The notes below the pieces were generated by a model. The model made no database searches. It saw only the letters and a program-made list of their open reading frames with translations, and was not told the origin of the DNA. From Paraspadella gotoi (Eukaryota; Animalia; Chaetognatha), in the NCBI GenBank assembly GCA_051294375.1, contig CM119265.1, positions 26,764,694 through 26,828,693 of the forward strand: a stretch of 64,000 nucleotides of DNA, in the 5' to 3' direction. The translations under genes and the position numbers were made by a program. This document shows, piece by piece, positions 1 to 15,590 of the stretch. Positions within the stretch are counted from its first letter, which is position 1. Each line of letters starts with the position of its first letter.

Positions 1-2047
1 TTCAGAGAATAATTTGATTCGTCGAGGGAATAAAACGATATGAAGGATTAATGTAAATGTTGAGGTACATAGATTCATCCAAACAAGTCATTAATTCATT
101 CTTTAATTCATCAGCTGATTAGTTGTTCCGTTAGTCCACTAAATATTTCATTCATTCATTAATTCATTCCTTTATTCATTCATTCATTTATACATTTATT
201 CATTTCTTCCTTCATCAATTCATTCATAAATTCGTTCATTTATTTCTTCCTTCATTTATTTATTTAAATATTTACCTCTTTATTTATTTAATAATTATTC
301 ATTTATTTATTCATTCATTCATTCTTTCATTCCTTTTTTTAACTAGTTTTCGTTTCGTTGATTCAAACTTCTTCAAACTTTAAGGTTTGAACAAATCATT
401 TATCCAACGTTTTATCATCGATTTTTTTGATTGATCGATGATACGCCAGTCGTCGTCGTCGTNNNNNNNNNNGTCGTCGTCGCCGCCTCCAAAAAAGAAA
501 TTATCTTCCATGATCGATACACTTCCCGTTTTAGCAACAAAAAAAAGAAAAAAGAAAAAAAGAAGAAAATATCTCGCGGGTTTGATAAAAAAAAAACTTT
601 NNNNNNNNNNNNNNNNNNNNNNNNNNNNNNNNNNNNNNNNNNNNNNNNNNNNNNNNNNNNNNNNNNNNNNNNNNNNNNNNNNNNNNNNNNNNNNNNNNNN
701 NNNNNNNNNNNNNNNNNNNNNNNNNNNNNNNNNNNNNNNNNNNNNNNNNNNNNNNNNNNNNNNNNNNNNNNNNNNNNNNNNNNNNNNNNNNNNNNNNNNN
801 NNNNNNNNNNNNNNNNNNNNNNNNNNNNNNNNNNNNNNNNNNNNNNNNNNNNNNNNNNNNNNNNNNNNNNNNNNNNNNNNNNNNNNNNNNNNNNNNNNNN
901 NNNNNNNNNNNNNNNNNNNNNNNNNNNNNNNNNNNNNNNNNNNNNNNNNNNNNNNNNNNNNNNNNNNNNNNNNNNNNNNNNNNNNNNNNNNNNNNNNNCT
1001 CTCTTTCGGGTCCCTCGTTTGTTAGGAACTTGGAATTTCTTCTCGAATTACGACACGAAAAAATAATTAGTATTAAAGATTTGGGGAGGAAGAAAAAAAA
1101 AGATTAGTAATTATTAATTATCTCGTCGGTCCGCTGCTCATTCGTTGAACTTTCTCTTTAACCTTCCGAAGAGAGAATTGTTATTTTTATTATGTTTATT
1201 TTTTTTATGTTTTGTTTGTTTTTGTCAGTTGTTTGTTTTTTTATTTGTTTGTTAATTTTTTTTAATTTTATGGTGTATTTGTGTTATTTTTTCTTGTTTA
1301 ATCGTTGGTTTGTTTGTTTGTTAATGTTTTGTTACTTTGTTTGTTAGATTAATTTGTTTTAGCTTTCGACATGTATGTCAGTTGGCTACGCGCGATAAAT
1401 GTTTGTACAAACATTCGTCGTCGTCGTCGTCGTCGTCGTCCTCATTTAATTTTTTTTTTCAGAATTCTTAATTTCATAGTTATTTTTTGAGCATTATGAG
1501 TTGGCAAGGAAAAGAGCGAGAGAGCGAGAAGTTAAGAACTTAAATAGAAATGTTTTCAGGTGGACATTAATTGACGGAGAAATCTTAGGGATTTTAATTT
1601 TATTGCGTGNNNNNNNNNNNNNNNNNNNNNNNNNNNNNNNNNNNNNNNNNNNNNNNNNNNNNNNNNNNNNNNNNNNNNNNNNNNNNNNNNNNNNNNNNNN
1701 NNNNNNNNNNNNNNNNNNNNNNNNNNNNNNNNNNNNNNNNNNNNNNNNNGAGAGAGAGAGAGAGAGAGAACACCAAACAATAAAGCTCCTTCAAAAAAAG
1801 GGGCGAATTCGATGCAGTAATTAATGCCCGTCGTTAATAAAAACAAAAAAGAGAGACCGACAGATTTTTTACCGACAAAAAGAAAACATTAAAAAGAATT
1901 AAAACTTTTTTCTTTTTCTTTGAACTTATCTTAACTTACCTCTCATCCTCCTCCTGCTTTAGCCACTCGTCTTTTCACTTACCCTTCACACCTCTTTTTC
2001 TCTCGACTTAACCTCGAATGAATCCTCCCACTTCTATTCCACTTACC

Positions 2048-2081
<34 letters not shown>

Positions 2082-2559
2082 NNNNNNNNNNNNNNNNNNN
2101 NNNNNNNNNNNNNNNNNNNNNNNNNNNNNNNNNNNNNNNNNNNNNNNNNNNNNNNNNNNNNNNNNNNNNNNNNNNNNNNNNNNNNNNNNNNNNNNNNNNN
2201 NNNNNNNNNNNNNNNNNNNNNNNNNNNTCTCTCTCTCTCTCTCTCTCTCTCCTGCAAGAGGGCGGAGCTGATTCTCGCTTCGAGAAACAAAACAACAAAC
2301 GTCCAGAGAATTAATACACATAAAAGTCAAATCGAGAAAAAATCTTATTTTCTTTGTCGGCTTAAAAAAAAGTAAAGGACGTTGTTGTTGTTCTCGTTGT
2401 TGTTGTTGTTTTCTTTGTTCTTCCATTCATTGTCGTCGTTGTTGTTCTTGTTACAGTCGTCTCGAGATGATTGCTGATTCCACAGTTTATTTAAAACAAA
2501 TGGAGAAAAAAAATTATCTCTTGGAGATAGTAAAACATGATCATTCCTGATGCGTCTCG

Positions 2560-2615
<56 letters not shown>

Positions 2616-3981
2616 CTCGCGATAATATTTGACGCATATCGTCTGTCGATATTCAAGAGAAGCGACGACTCGTCTGACGTTTAGTCAACAAATCCAAAGT
2701 TTTTAATTAAGCGTCGCTCGAAAGAAGCCGACGGAACATCGCCTTGGACGTACAGACCGATTGACGAGCGGACGGTCGGACGGACGGGCGGACAGACAGA
2801 AGAATGGACTAACGGACGGATGAAAAGGTTTTTTTTTTTCTTATTAGATCAGAGAGAAAGACTTGAATGGGCAGAACAAACGTACGAACGGACCAACGGA
2901 CAAAGATAAAAACTGACAGACAGATGAACGGATTCTTGAACGATCGGACAGATGGACAAAGGTTTAATGAATCGTTTTTACAACTCAAGAAATTAAATTG
3001 CAAATTCGCTAGTTTTATAAACCAGTATAAAAAATTCCCGTTGTACTAAACCTCTACTTGTTAAAAGTTTGACAGACTGACTTCCGGACGCAGGGACAAA
3101 CGGACAGAAGATATTGAAAAAAAATAAGCAAAATCGTTGGAATAATAAAACTCATCGGACCGTATAAAAATTTGATGAGAGCGGACAGACGGACGAGAGA
3201 GAAACGGACAAATCCGTACAACACGGACAACGAATGGAAATCGACAAGAGATGTCGGACGAATGGAACATTGGAACATTCCATCCGGGGCGTTTTGTTAG
3301 TGATGTTTAGACTCGCGACATGATTACATAACATCATATGACATAAGACAAGTAAAAATATTGACCAGAAAAAGAAAATAGTTAATATTTTATTATATTT
3401 CGACGATTAATTAATTTATTAATTATTTAAATAACGTTTCAAATTCTTAAGCGAAATTGACTCGACGCACCTGGCCAAGCCTCGAGGGAAAACGTCTCTG
3501 TCTCTCTTTCTCTCTCTCTCGCTTTCGCTCTCTCTCTCTCTCGCTCTCGCTCTCTCTCTATCGTCCGTCTGTATCTCTTTTGCGGCGCTTACTTTTGCTG
3601 TCTTATTTTCTTTATTTTTTTCATTCTTTCTTTCTTTATAACTTTCTTTCTTATTTTTCTTTTTCCTCTATTTCTTTTTTTTTTCTTTCTTTATAATTTT
3701 CTTTCTTTCTATCTTTATTTCTATCTTTATACCTTTTTATACTTAATTCTTTTCTTTCCTTTTTTTCTCACCCTTTTTCCCCCCATTTTCTCTCTCCCTC
3801 GAGCCGCTCTCTCTCAACTCTTTCTATCTCTCTCTCTCTCCCTCTCTCTCTCTCCCTCTCTCCCTCCCTCTCATTCTCCCTCGCCTTCCCTCAGTCTAGT
3901 CGCCCGCCTCAGAATCAGTTAGAGACGTCCCTTTTTCAAGTGGATGCCAATTAAGCGTTTACGGAAATGAAGAGTCGGCCG

Positions 3982-4025
<44 letters not shown>

Positions 4026-4136
4026 TTACGGAAATGAAGAGTGGATGAACGTCTTCCACTTGAGAATTTAATTCGTTGACTCGATGAGAAAAAATCTTGA
4101 AGGATGAAACGATGATGTCGGCTTCTGAGGCCGCGG

Positions 4137-4201
4137 CGCCCGACGCCGGTGAGATCGACGCGCCCGACGCCGGTGAGACCGACGCGCCCGACGCCGGTGA
4201 G
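4137..4201. repeat. 24-bp GC-rich tandem repeat, about 2.7 copies
   Basis: Unit gcgcccgacgccggtgagat/ccgac. Confidence 0.85.
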
Positions 4202-6023
4202 GGCACTCGGGGGAGGCGTCGGTACTCGATTGTCAATGGCGTCGCCGATCGACTATATTACAAAAATCTCATTTGCATATTAGGATTATTCTATCTCTAT
4301 TCTTCTTAAGCTAGTTATTGTAGAATTTGTGGACGAAATAAAAAAAATGTAGTTTTTTCAAAAGTCTGCTCATTAGTTTTGTCCCTTTTTTTGTTAAAAA
4401 AATAGTTTTTGTTATAACTCGCTCTTCCAAACATGTGTAAAGGTTTTTAATAAAACGTTTATATTTAATTAGTCAAGAATCAATGAGGTTAAAACAAAAC
4501 AAAATTCTATCTTTTTTAAAGCTTATCAAAAGCCATTTGTTTGATCTTGTAACCTAAATTTGCTCGGCCAGGAATTCGAAAGTTAGCGAGGTTAAAATAA
4601 CATGTATTGGTATCAATAAAAAGGCACGAAATAAACGTATTAAAATCAATTAAAAACCAATTAAAAACAATGTAAAAAATAAGTTAAAAGCAGGGTAAAA
4701 ACATATTAAAAACAATTTAAAAACAAATTAAAAATTCGTGCATCGTAAGTAAAAATAACCTCTACTGGGTTTGAAAACGGTTGGCCGTCCGTTTTACAAG
4801 ATCAAATGCATCACAATAATACGACGACCAACGCGTTTCTACAATGGCTGCGCGCGGAAACCGCGGTAAAAAAGGTAGAATTATCTTCTCCCAATTCTCG
4901 ACGGTGATTGGTCCAGGCCCGCCAATCCAGGACCGCAGGGAAGAAGCTTGCATTTTGCGATCCAAAACGCGAAGGGGAACCGCGCGGCCCAACACAGATA
5001 CACCATTAATATCGTATTTGTTATTAATAAAAAAAGTTATGAATAAAAAAAAAAGGCATTTTACACTGTTAGTCTTTATGATTTAGTCAATACTGTTTTT
5101 GATATTAATAAAAAAAAAATTCATTTCTTTAAAAATAAAAAGCTAATAAAAAAGCTAATTTTTTGATTAAGTAAAAATATAAAAAAAAGAAGGCTAAAAA
5201 ATTTAAAAAAAAAAAAAGTTTTGGTGGTTTAAGGCCTCCATCACTCTTACAAGATAATGACATAGCAGGATATATGTTAATGGTTTTTGTTATATTTTTG
5301 TGATCAGCGTAGTTTTTATCTGCTTACCGAGTTACAGTCTTTCGTTACTGTTTTTTAATTATGTTAATATAGTTTTTGTTATTAATAAAAAAGCTATAAC
5401 TCTGTTAACGTCACTTCTTCCCTAATATTTTATTTGAATAATCGATGAAATTGGTTAACCTGTAAGACTCCAACAAAAAGTCATGTAAAATGTAAAGCAT
5501 AATTTTGGACTCAAAAAATCGACAATTTCGACTCTGAAGATTTTGAGAGAGATTTTCCTCTCAAACTTATTTCGTCTTCTGTCCTTCTTCTTCTGGACAA
5601 GAACAAGAACCTCTCATGCCACCGGTTAATCTAATTAAATGGCACGAAGGGAAAAGAAAGTGTCATTTATCATGTATGTATATATCGTCTCGAAAATAAG
5701 TGAACCTTTTACGGCCTGAGAATTTTTTAAAGTTTTTTTTTAACATTTTAATTAGTTTATACATGAACGTAATAAATAATTCAAAAGTCTCGAGACGTCG
5801 ATATGTGTAAGAGGCCGATGAAGTGTCCTTTTCACGATATATGTAAGAGAGATCGCTCAAACCAGTCGCGCTACTTTTAGATTTTAGACAATGAACTTCT
5901 ATCTGTTTTAAAATCTTTCAATTAGTTCCCCCCCAAAAAAAAAAAATTTGGAGTCCGTGCTGAGAAGGGCCCCTTGAGCAAAAAGTCATTCGGAGTGTGA
6001 GAGATGACTTTCTCGGCGACGAC

Positions 6024-6058
<35 letters not shown>

Positions 6059-6153
6059 CAACGTTTCTAAGGCAACACGCCTCCCACGAGCATGGCGTCT
6101 GTTCAGGCAAAAACAGTCAGTTTTCATTCCTCAGAAAAATTAAGTTAAAAGAC

Positions 6154-6325
6154 TTTAACAAAGTTTGGAAATGTTTTCGTCAACGATTTTTTATTATTAG
6201 TATAAGGACATGTTTCGACTCTTCATTTCGAGTCTCGAAATGAAGAGTCGAAATGAAGAGTCGAAACATGTCCTTATACTAATAATAAAAAATCGTTGAC
6301 GAAAACATTTCCAAACTTTGTTAAA
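6154..6325. repeat. Near-perfect palindrome/foldback with arms of about 78 bp
   Basis: tttaacaaagtttggaaatgttttcgtcaacg...catgtttcgactcttcatttcga is mirrored by tcgaaatgaagagtcgaaacatg...ccaaactttgttaaa, with a duplicated tcgaaatgaagag near the centre. Confidence 0.93.
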
Positions 6326-6924
6326 TCTCTATACTCAACGAAGCCGAAAGGATTAACACAATAGTTAAAAGACTAAACTAAACTAAAATTATAACATGTT
6401 TGACGTTACGTTTGGGAAATTTTATACGTTTTTTTTAACATGCATATGTCTGATTTATTTTTCATTGATTGCCAAAAATTTCATTCATATGTTCACTGTT
6501 CAAGTTTAAACATCTCTTTAAGTTTTGTGAAATTAAACAAATAAAATTAGTAAATCATTCAATCAACAATCTTTCCCTTGACTTTGAACTGGCTATAGTG
6601 GATTATTGTTATAAAAATTATTATTTCATGTTAAAAACAAATTATTTACACTATTTTGCAACCAATTCAGAGTTTGGGTTTACAACATTATGGTTACCAT
6701 GGTCACTGTAATAAGTTAATAACTATTACGAACATGTCTTTCTTGAAAATTCTGTACGAACAAATGTTTTATGACGTCCGTACGTACGAGCAAATAATTT
6801 TTCACGAAAAAATTAATGTTTTAGTTCTTTTTTCTTGGCAAAAAAAAATAATTGGGAATAATAAAAGTCGAAACTTAATTCGGAGGGACTTTTCAAATTA
6901 ATAATTAATCGCGCCGCTGTGATC

Positions 6925-6985
<61 letters not shown>

Positions 6986-8335
6986 CTCCATTACTTCTCT
7001 CTTTGAACTTCATTCGTTTTTTTTTCTTTATGTTTTAACATTTTTTTCTCTTCAACTTTTCTTTACCTATTTTTTCTTTCTTTTCTTCTTTTCTTTTTTT
7101 TCTTTCTATGTTTTTATTTCCTTTTCATATCTTTTTTATGTCGTAAAATTTCGCCTTCAATTTTCCGTCACACATTTCTCTCCTTAAACTTGTTACACTA
7201 AAATAACCTAAAACTGAAACTAATTCATTAGATCGAAACGAATATATCCTCCCTTTTTCAGAACTAGAAAATAACAAAAAAGATAAACACCCGGCAATTT
7301 CTTATGGGAGGAGGAAGAGGGAAGAGGAAAATCCGGTTTTAATTAAGCAAAACTTTTGATTTCGAACAAAAGGATCGTTTAACCAACAACAAATTCGAAA
7401 ATTTGCGACGATTTTCGTCGTCGTCGTCGTCGTCGTCGTCTTTTTTTTATTTCTCCTATTTCTGTCGTCGTTGTCATCCCTAAATATCATAACGTGAGAA
7501 CGATTTAAGTATTATATTGACTTTGGATACGAATTTCGCGAGTTGTGCAGCCAGTTTAGCTGGTTAACTAATTGACTTTTTTATTCAATAATTACTCAAT
7601 GGATACAATCCATAGTAAATAACAACAACAACAAGTAACTCTAATCGCTAGTCGTAGTCAGGCCTACTCCCGAAATCTCTCTCCCCTTTTCTTTTTATTA
7701 TTTAATTATTTAAAACTCGGCGGATCGAGTTTTGATTGCGGTCCGCTTGCGTTCCGAATTAAAGGTCGCATTCGTCCTAATTACTTCTGCTTCCCTAACT
7801 CTGTCTCACTCTGGTTGACTCTGTCTCACTATTTTCAATTATATCGCCGATTGTCATCTTGTTTTTACTTCGACTTCATCGCTTCGTTTAATTCCTCGTC
7901 AGACGAGAGAGGGAAAAGGATGATTCATTGTTTAATAGATTAAAATGTTATTATATAGTTTAATTATTTTTAATATTACATTTTAAATTTCATTACTTTT
8001 TATATAGTTATTGATTATTTGTTTTTTATTTATTCTCATTAATTGAAATTCCATTGTAATTTTTGGTATTAGAATTTTATTTTTAATTTAATAAAAATTA
8101 CTCAATTTATAACCTTTATGATAATTTTAAAAATTAATAAATACGCTTTTTAAAAATTAAATAGTTTATATTTAAATAAGTTTTGTGATTTTTAAAATAC
8201 TTTTTTATTTAATTTATTTTCAAAATTTTAATCCTAATTTCTTTCCTCCCTCCATCCTCTGTACCTTCAAAAACTGTTTTCTCTCTCTCTCTCTCTCTCT
8301 CTCGTTTCTCTCTCTCTCTCTCTCTCTCTCGCTCA

Positions 8336-8376
<41 letters not shown>

Positions 8377-8519
8377 TCTCGTCAACCAAAATATCAACTT
8401 CTGTCAAACGAATTTCCAAAACACAAATTTTCCTCTCATTTTTCAAATGAGTTTCCGCGCGTTTGACTTCGAAGTCAATTTGCTTAAGCGTTTCGGTGTC
8501 TGTTGCTCTCTCCTCTCTC

Positions 8520-8591
<72 letters not shown>

Positions 8592-8722
8592 CTGAGGCAA
8601 TATCTCTCGCTCTCTCTCTTCTAATTTTTACCGATTCAATGGGCATAACGAAGATTTAAATGCTGATAACTGGAGAGGCGAGGTTTGGTAAGGAAAACGA
8701 TAGTCGCTAGACGAGAAATTGA

Positions 8723-8753
<31 letters not shown>

Positions 8754-9055
8754 TTCTCTCTCTCTCTCTCTCTCGTTCTCTCTAACAAAGCTTCCTTTCC
8801 CCCTTAAAAAACTCTCCTACCATGGGAACACACAAGTGGCATCGTTTAAGTAGACATTTTTCTTCCACTACCTTGACGGGTCCGGAGTCCAGGACAAGAA
8901 TCACTTTCCCTTCCCCAACCTTACCTTTCCCTACCTTTCCCTACCTTTCCTTACCCTCATCGCAGATCGTAAACAAAAAGAGGAAAGGAATAAAAATCAG
9001 TTGGTATCGATGACCCGAAGATGCGGATCAAGATATGAGAGAAACTTTTTTGGGA

Positions 9056-9128
<73 letters not shown>

Positions 9129-9641
9129 CTTTTTTCACTCTTGTGCATTGGTTAACGAATAAGTTTCATTCAAACAACGCCATCGGTTGACAATATAAGT
9201 TTCCCGAACATTCCTAACTGTTATTACTGATAGAATTAAATTTGTTTCAGTCAATTTCTATTTGAAATCCTTTTTATTGACAAATCTTTCTTTTTCCGTT
9301 TTAAAGAAATAACCCAACGTTTTTTGCTTAATTTTACAAATTAAATCAATCTTGGATTTTTTCGTTCCAACCAAATCGCGCGTGGTCAAACAATGAAAAA
9401 AACTCTGGCTCGAACGAAAAAGGTACTACTTATTGCTACATTAATCTTCAAGTTTAACTAAAAAAAATCATTAATTATCTTTCACTTCTCGATAATCGTT
9501 TTTAACTCGTTTCATTCACAGTGGGAGATTGTATAAGAATAAAAAATTACTTTCTTTTTAAACGAAGATGCAAATTTATTCCAACAAAATTAAGTGTCAA
9601 AATTAAGCGAGAACGATCAATTGCAAAATGGGAATTCAATT

Positions 9642-9721
<80 letters not shown>

Positions 9722-10002
9722 ACGGAGGCGTCACAACCACCCGCATTTTATGACCAAGTCGACGATGGAGAAATAGGAAGAATCAATCAAAATGAACAAT
9801 AAAAAAAAAAACAGACAATAAATTGTAACTGAATAAAAAAAGGCGAGAATATATTATTATGCGACTTAAAGAGAAAGTGACAAGTGAGATTTTGACGGAG
9901 AAGTTAACAAGGTATTATTATAGTATTACAGCATGAACAGAGAAAGAAAGAAAAACTTTTCCCCTTTTGATCGAAGAGGGGAAAAAATTAATGGAAATCG
10001 AG

Positions 10003-10069
<67 letters not shown>

Positions 10070-10377
10070 AAAAAAACTCGAACAATAGAGATATTTTTTC
10101 TCTGTTATGAATTTTTAACAAGGAAGAAAAGTCTGTGGGGGGTTTAGAAAGAAGAACGCGGTGGGATATTTGGAAAAAGGAAACGTTTAGAAGAAGGAAT
10201 ATGAGAGAGAAAAAGAGGAAGGTAGGAAGGTAGGAAAAGGTAGGAAAAGATAGGAAATATGTTAGAAAAGAAAGGAAAAGGCAAAAAGGTAAGTCAATAA
10301 TGTAGTAGTTACAATGAAAAAAAAACAATGAAAAAAAAAAGCAAAAACTATTTGATAAAATTAAGTACTTTTCTTCT

Positions 10378-11723
<1,346 letters not shown>

Positions 11724-12483
11724 GTTGGAGTGGGTCTTCCTTTTATGGGATGAAGTTAGATAGAGAGCGAGAGGGTTTTTTCGTCGAAGCGAGAAAGTGG
11801 ATTAGAAATTGAGGTACCGAGGTTCCGTATGGTAAGTTTTCTTTCGCGAAGTAAGTTAAAAACTCGTCTTTCTGAAGCGAAAGACTGAGAAAGATAGAGA
11901 AAGAGTTGAAGAGAGACAGAGTCAGAGACGAGGTGGGAAGGTAAGTTTCTTAATCTGAGCGAGAGCGAGAGAGAGAGTGAGTGAGAGCGAGAGAGAGAGT
12001 CTGGTGAGGAAGACAAAGCTTCGTCCCTTTTTATACGAAATTCAAACGACGAAGGCGAAGCTTTGGGGCGAAAATACGACGAAGACGACGACGAAAACGA
12101 CGACGAAGACAGCGAAGATGATGCCGATGAAGAAACGAGAGATGATCCCGACGAGAGAAAAGATTACGAAAAGACGAGAGTCAAGAGTCGACGACGATAG
12201 CGAAGAATAAAGACGAAGCCGACGACGAAAAGTCGCGAAAGAGGATCCACGGAAGACGACGACGACGACGACGACGACGACGACAACGACGACGACGAAG
12301 ATCGTTTGAGATTTCAGGATTTTTTCGATCGACGAACGAGACGTTTTTTTCTTAACGTTCATGTCAATGGGAGGAGGAAGAGGAATATCAGGGAAGAGGA
12401 GGGAGGGAGATGAGGAAGAGAAGGAAGAGGAATTTTGGGGGAAAAGAGATAGAGGGATGACTGTGAAGGGAAAGATGGAATGA

Positions 12484-12494
12484 GAAAGAAAGAA

Positions 12495-12590
<96 letters not shown>

Positions 12591-12600
12591 AAGAAAGAAA
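12484..12600. repeat. (GAAA)n tetranucleotide microsatellite upstream of the BarH gene
   Basis: More than 25 GAAA units; source of the spurious FFLS ORFs. Confidence 0.95.
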
Positions 12601-13156
12601 GAGGAAAAAAAGATAGAGAGAAATAAAGAAAGAAAGAGAAAAAGAAAGAAAGAAATAAATAAAGAACGAAACAAAGAAACAAAGAAACAACGAAACAGAA
12701 ATGTAAAAAAAGATTAAGTTTTGAGAAATGTAAATCATGCTGCTAAATCATCATTAATATTCATACAATAATTAAACATTTATTAATTCACAATTAGCAC
12801 AAGTTCCTTATTCATGACTTTTGCGTTAAACCTTTAAGTGAGGAACTCGCGACACAACTAATCAAAATAACGAATATGAATTGTAAAATTGTAAGATTAA
12901 TTGTATGATTAATTAAATGTATGATTAATTAATTGTATGATTGTATTAAGGTAATTTTTTAAAAAGTTAAATTTATTTTATATAAAGACTAAAGAGTGAC
13001 ATTAAGAAATAGATTAGTAGTAAGATTATAATCGATATTAAGAGATTAAGAAAAGTTTTTTAAAAATTTATCTCTGATTTTAACATAAAAAAATTATTTC
13101 TGACTTAACGGAAATACTTTGTTTCCGAGTCAAAAAGTTAAGACCGAAAAAAAAAC

Positions 13157-13280
<124 letters not shown>

Positions 13281-13985
13281 GAATTTTGTTTTCCTCCTGG
13301 AATAATGATGAATAACAAAACGGTTGCACTTACCTCGGCTTAAACCTACTCCGTACTCGCTTCCCCTAAAAATAACAGTAAAAACGTTTAAAGAATAATA
13401 AAAAGTATTACGACCGAGAAAGAATAGGGAACTAATATGACCGAAGTAATGACGTAAAAAAATGCTTTCTTTGGCCGCTAGGTTCGTGTCTTATAAAAAG
13501 AAAAGTACAATCAAAGTTACGGAATAATAATCTAATGATTCAATCTAATAAATAAAAGTTTTGATTGAAAGATTTCAGGGTACTGGTATGTCATAATCTT
13601 ATTAGATTGAAGTAGGCCTTAGACTAACCCAGCCTGTCCAAAATTAGGGGCAAAATAGCTTATTTATCGAATGAAGGATAAATTTTGTATTCGTTGTACC
13701 AATTTTATTTATCGACTTCGATAAATTTTTGGCGTTCTCAAAAACTGAAAATCGGTTGTCGACAAAATGTTCGATATATAACCATTTAATACAAAAACCG
13801 TTTCGTGATTATCGAAAAACCGATAACGTTTGACGCCGACATAAAAAATAGAAGAAAAAAAAACAGAATAAAAACAGAAACAAGACGAAAACGAAAAAAA
13901 ACAAAACTTTTATCGAAACAAAACGAGGAGGAAATCTGAAGGCTGCCGAAAATTTAGGAAGCAATCATGAAGAAAAGAAGTAGAG

Positions 13986-14050
<65 letters not shown>

Positions 14051-14072
14051 GAGAGAAGAGAGAGAGAAGAGA

Positions 14073-14134
<62 letters not shown>

Positions 14135-14138
14135 AAGA

Positions 14139-14207
<69 letters not shown>

Positions 14208-14445
14208 CAGAGAGAGGAGAGAAGAGAGGAATTTCGGGAGGGATTTGTCGCCTCCCGTTTGTTCCTTTAGAGTCGATGGTCCTGAAAATTCTCGCAAAGA
14301 GAAAAAAAAAATTTCAAGATTTTTTTCGATTTGACTTCGACGAACGCAGATGGAGGCGTTGCGCAGATGGCAGAAAAATGGTAAAGATAGATGGCACCGA
14401 GACGGCAAATAGATGGAGCGATAGTGTTGCGTCGCAGTAGACTTT

Positions 14446-14748
14446 GCAATGACACAGTGATCGCCGCAGATGATTCTCATCACTACAGCAATGACACAGT
14501 GAACCCCGCAGATGATTCTCATCTCTACAGCAATAACACAGTGAACGCCGCAGATGATTCTCATCACTACAGCAAAGACACAGTGATCGCCGCAGATGAT
14601 TCTCATCACTACAGCAATAACACAGTGAACGCCGCAGATGATTCTCATCACTACAGCAAAGACACAGTGATCGCCGCAGATGATTCTCATCACTACAGCA
14701 AAGACACAGTGATCGCCGCAGATGATTCTCATCACTACAGCAATGACA
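14446..14748. repeat. 42-bp minisatellite, about 7 copies
   Basis: Unit gcaatgacacagtgatcgccgcagatgattctcatcactaca with few substitutions and no spacers. Confidence 0.95.
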
Positions 14749-15485
14749 ATGGCCAGTAGATAAATTCGGCGATTTCTAGTCTAAAACAATTTCCTCCGGG
14801 GTTAGAAATAAACGGCGAGGGGGGGGCTACGAATTTTTGGGTCTTTCTCCCTTGACCTGTTTTGGTCTTATTTCTAACTTGCACTCTCTCTCTCTCACTT
14901 TTTCTTACTCTCTCTCACTATCTTTCTCTATCGCTATCTCTGTATTCTCTAGTAATTTATCTCCTTTTTTTATTCTAACCACTAATGATGACTTAACAAA
15001 GTTAACATAACAATTAAGTTAAATTATATGGTAAAAAATACATTTTTTTGGTTACATTATAGCGTCGTTATCTCGATTATGGAAATATACTCGTAGGTTG
15101 CTCGCACTCCAATGTGCATCTACTCTCGTATATTACAAAACGACCAACTTTAATTTAATATCTTGACCGGGAGAGGGGGGGAAGAGAGAGCGTGGCAACA
15201 TTGGGTATGAGTGGGGGGAAGTGGAAGGGGCAAAGTGGGCGTGGCAACATCTCCAAACCAAATTCCTGTTTTGGGAATTTTTTTTTCCAAATCTGAAAAT
15301 TACGGAGACGAATTCTCGAGAGCGGAAACGACAACAGGAGGAAGACGATGACGACGAAAACGACAACAACGACAACGACAACAACGACGACGACGACGAC
15401 GACAAAAGCCAAATGAGAAGGCGTCGAACCGAATAAAAATAAACAAACAATCATAAGCATTATCATCTTTGAGATTATATTGAGG

Positions 15486-15590
<105 letters not shown>

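Noticed and set aside
14446-14748. CRISPR-like array, or Cys-rich repeat protein (MRIICGDHCVFAVV)n
   Set aside because: Units are head-to-tail with no unique spacers and no cas genes, in a eukaryotic context. The ORFs arise because 42 is a multiple of 3.
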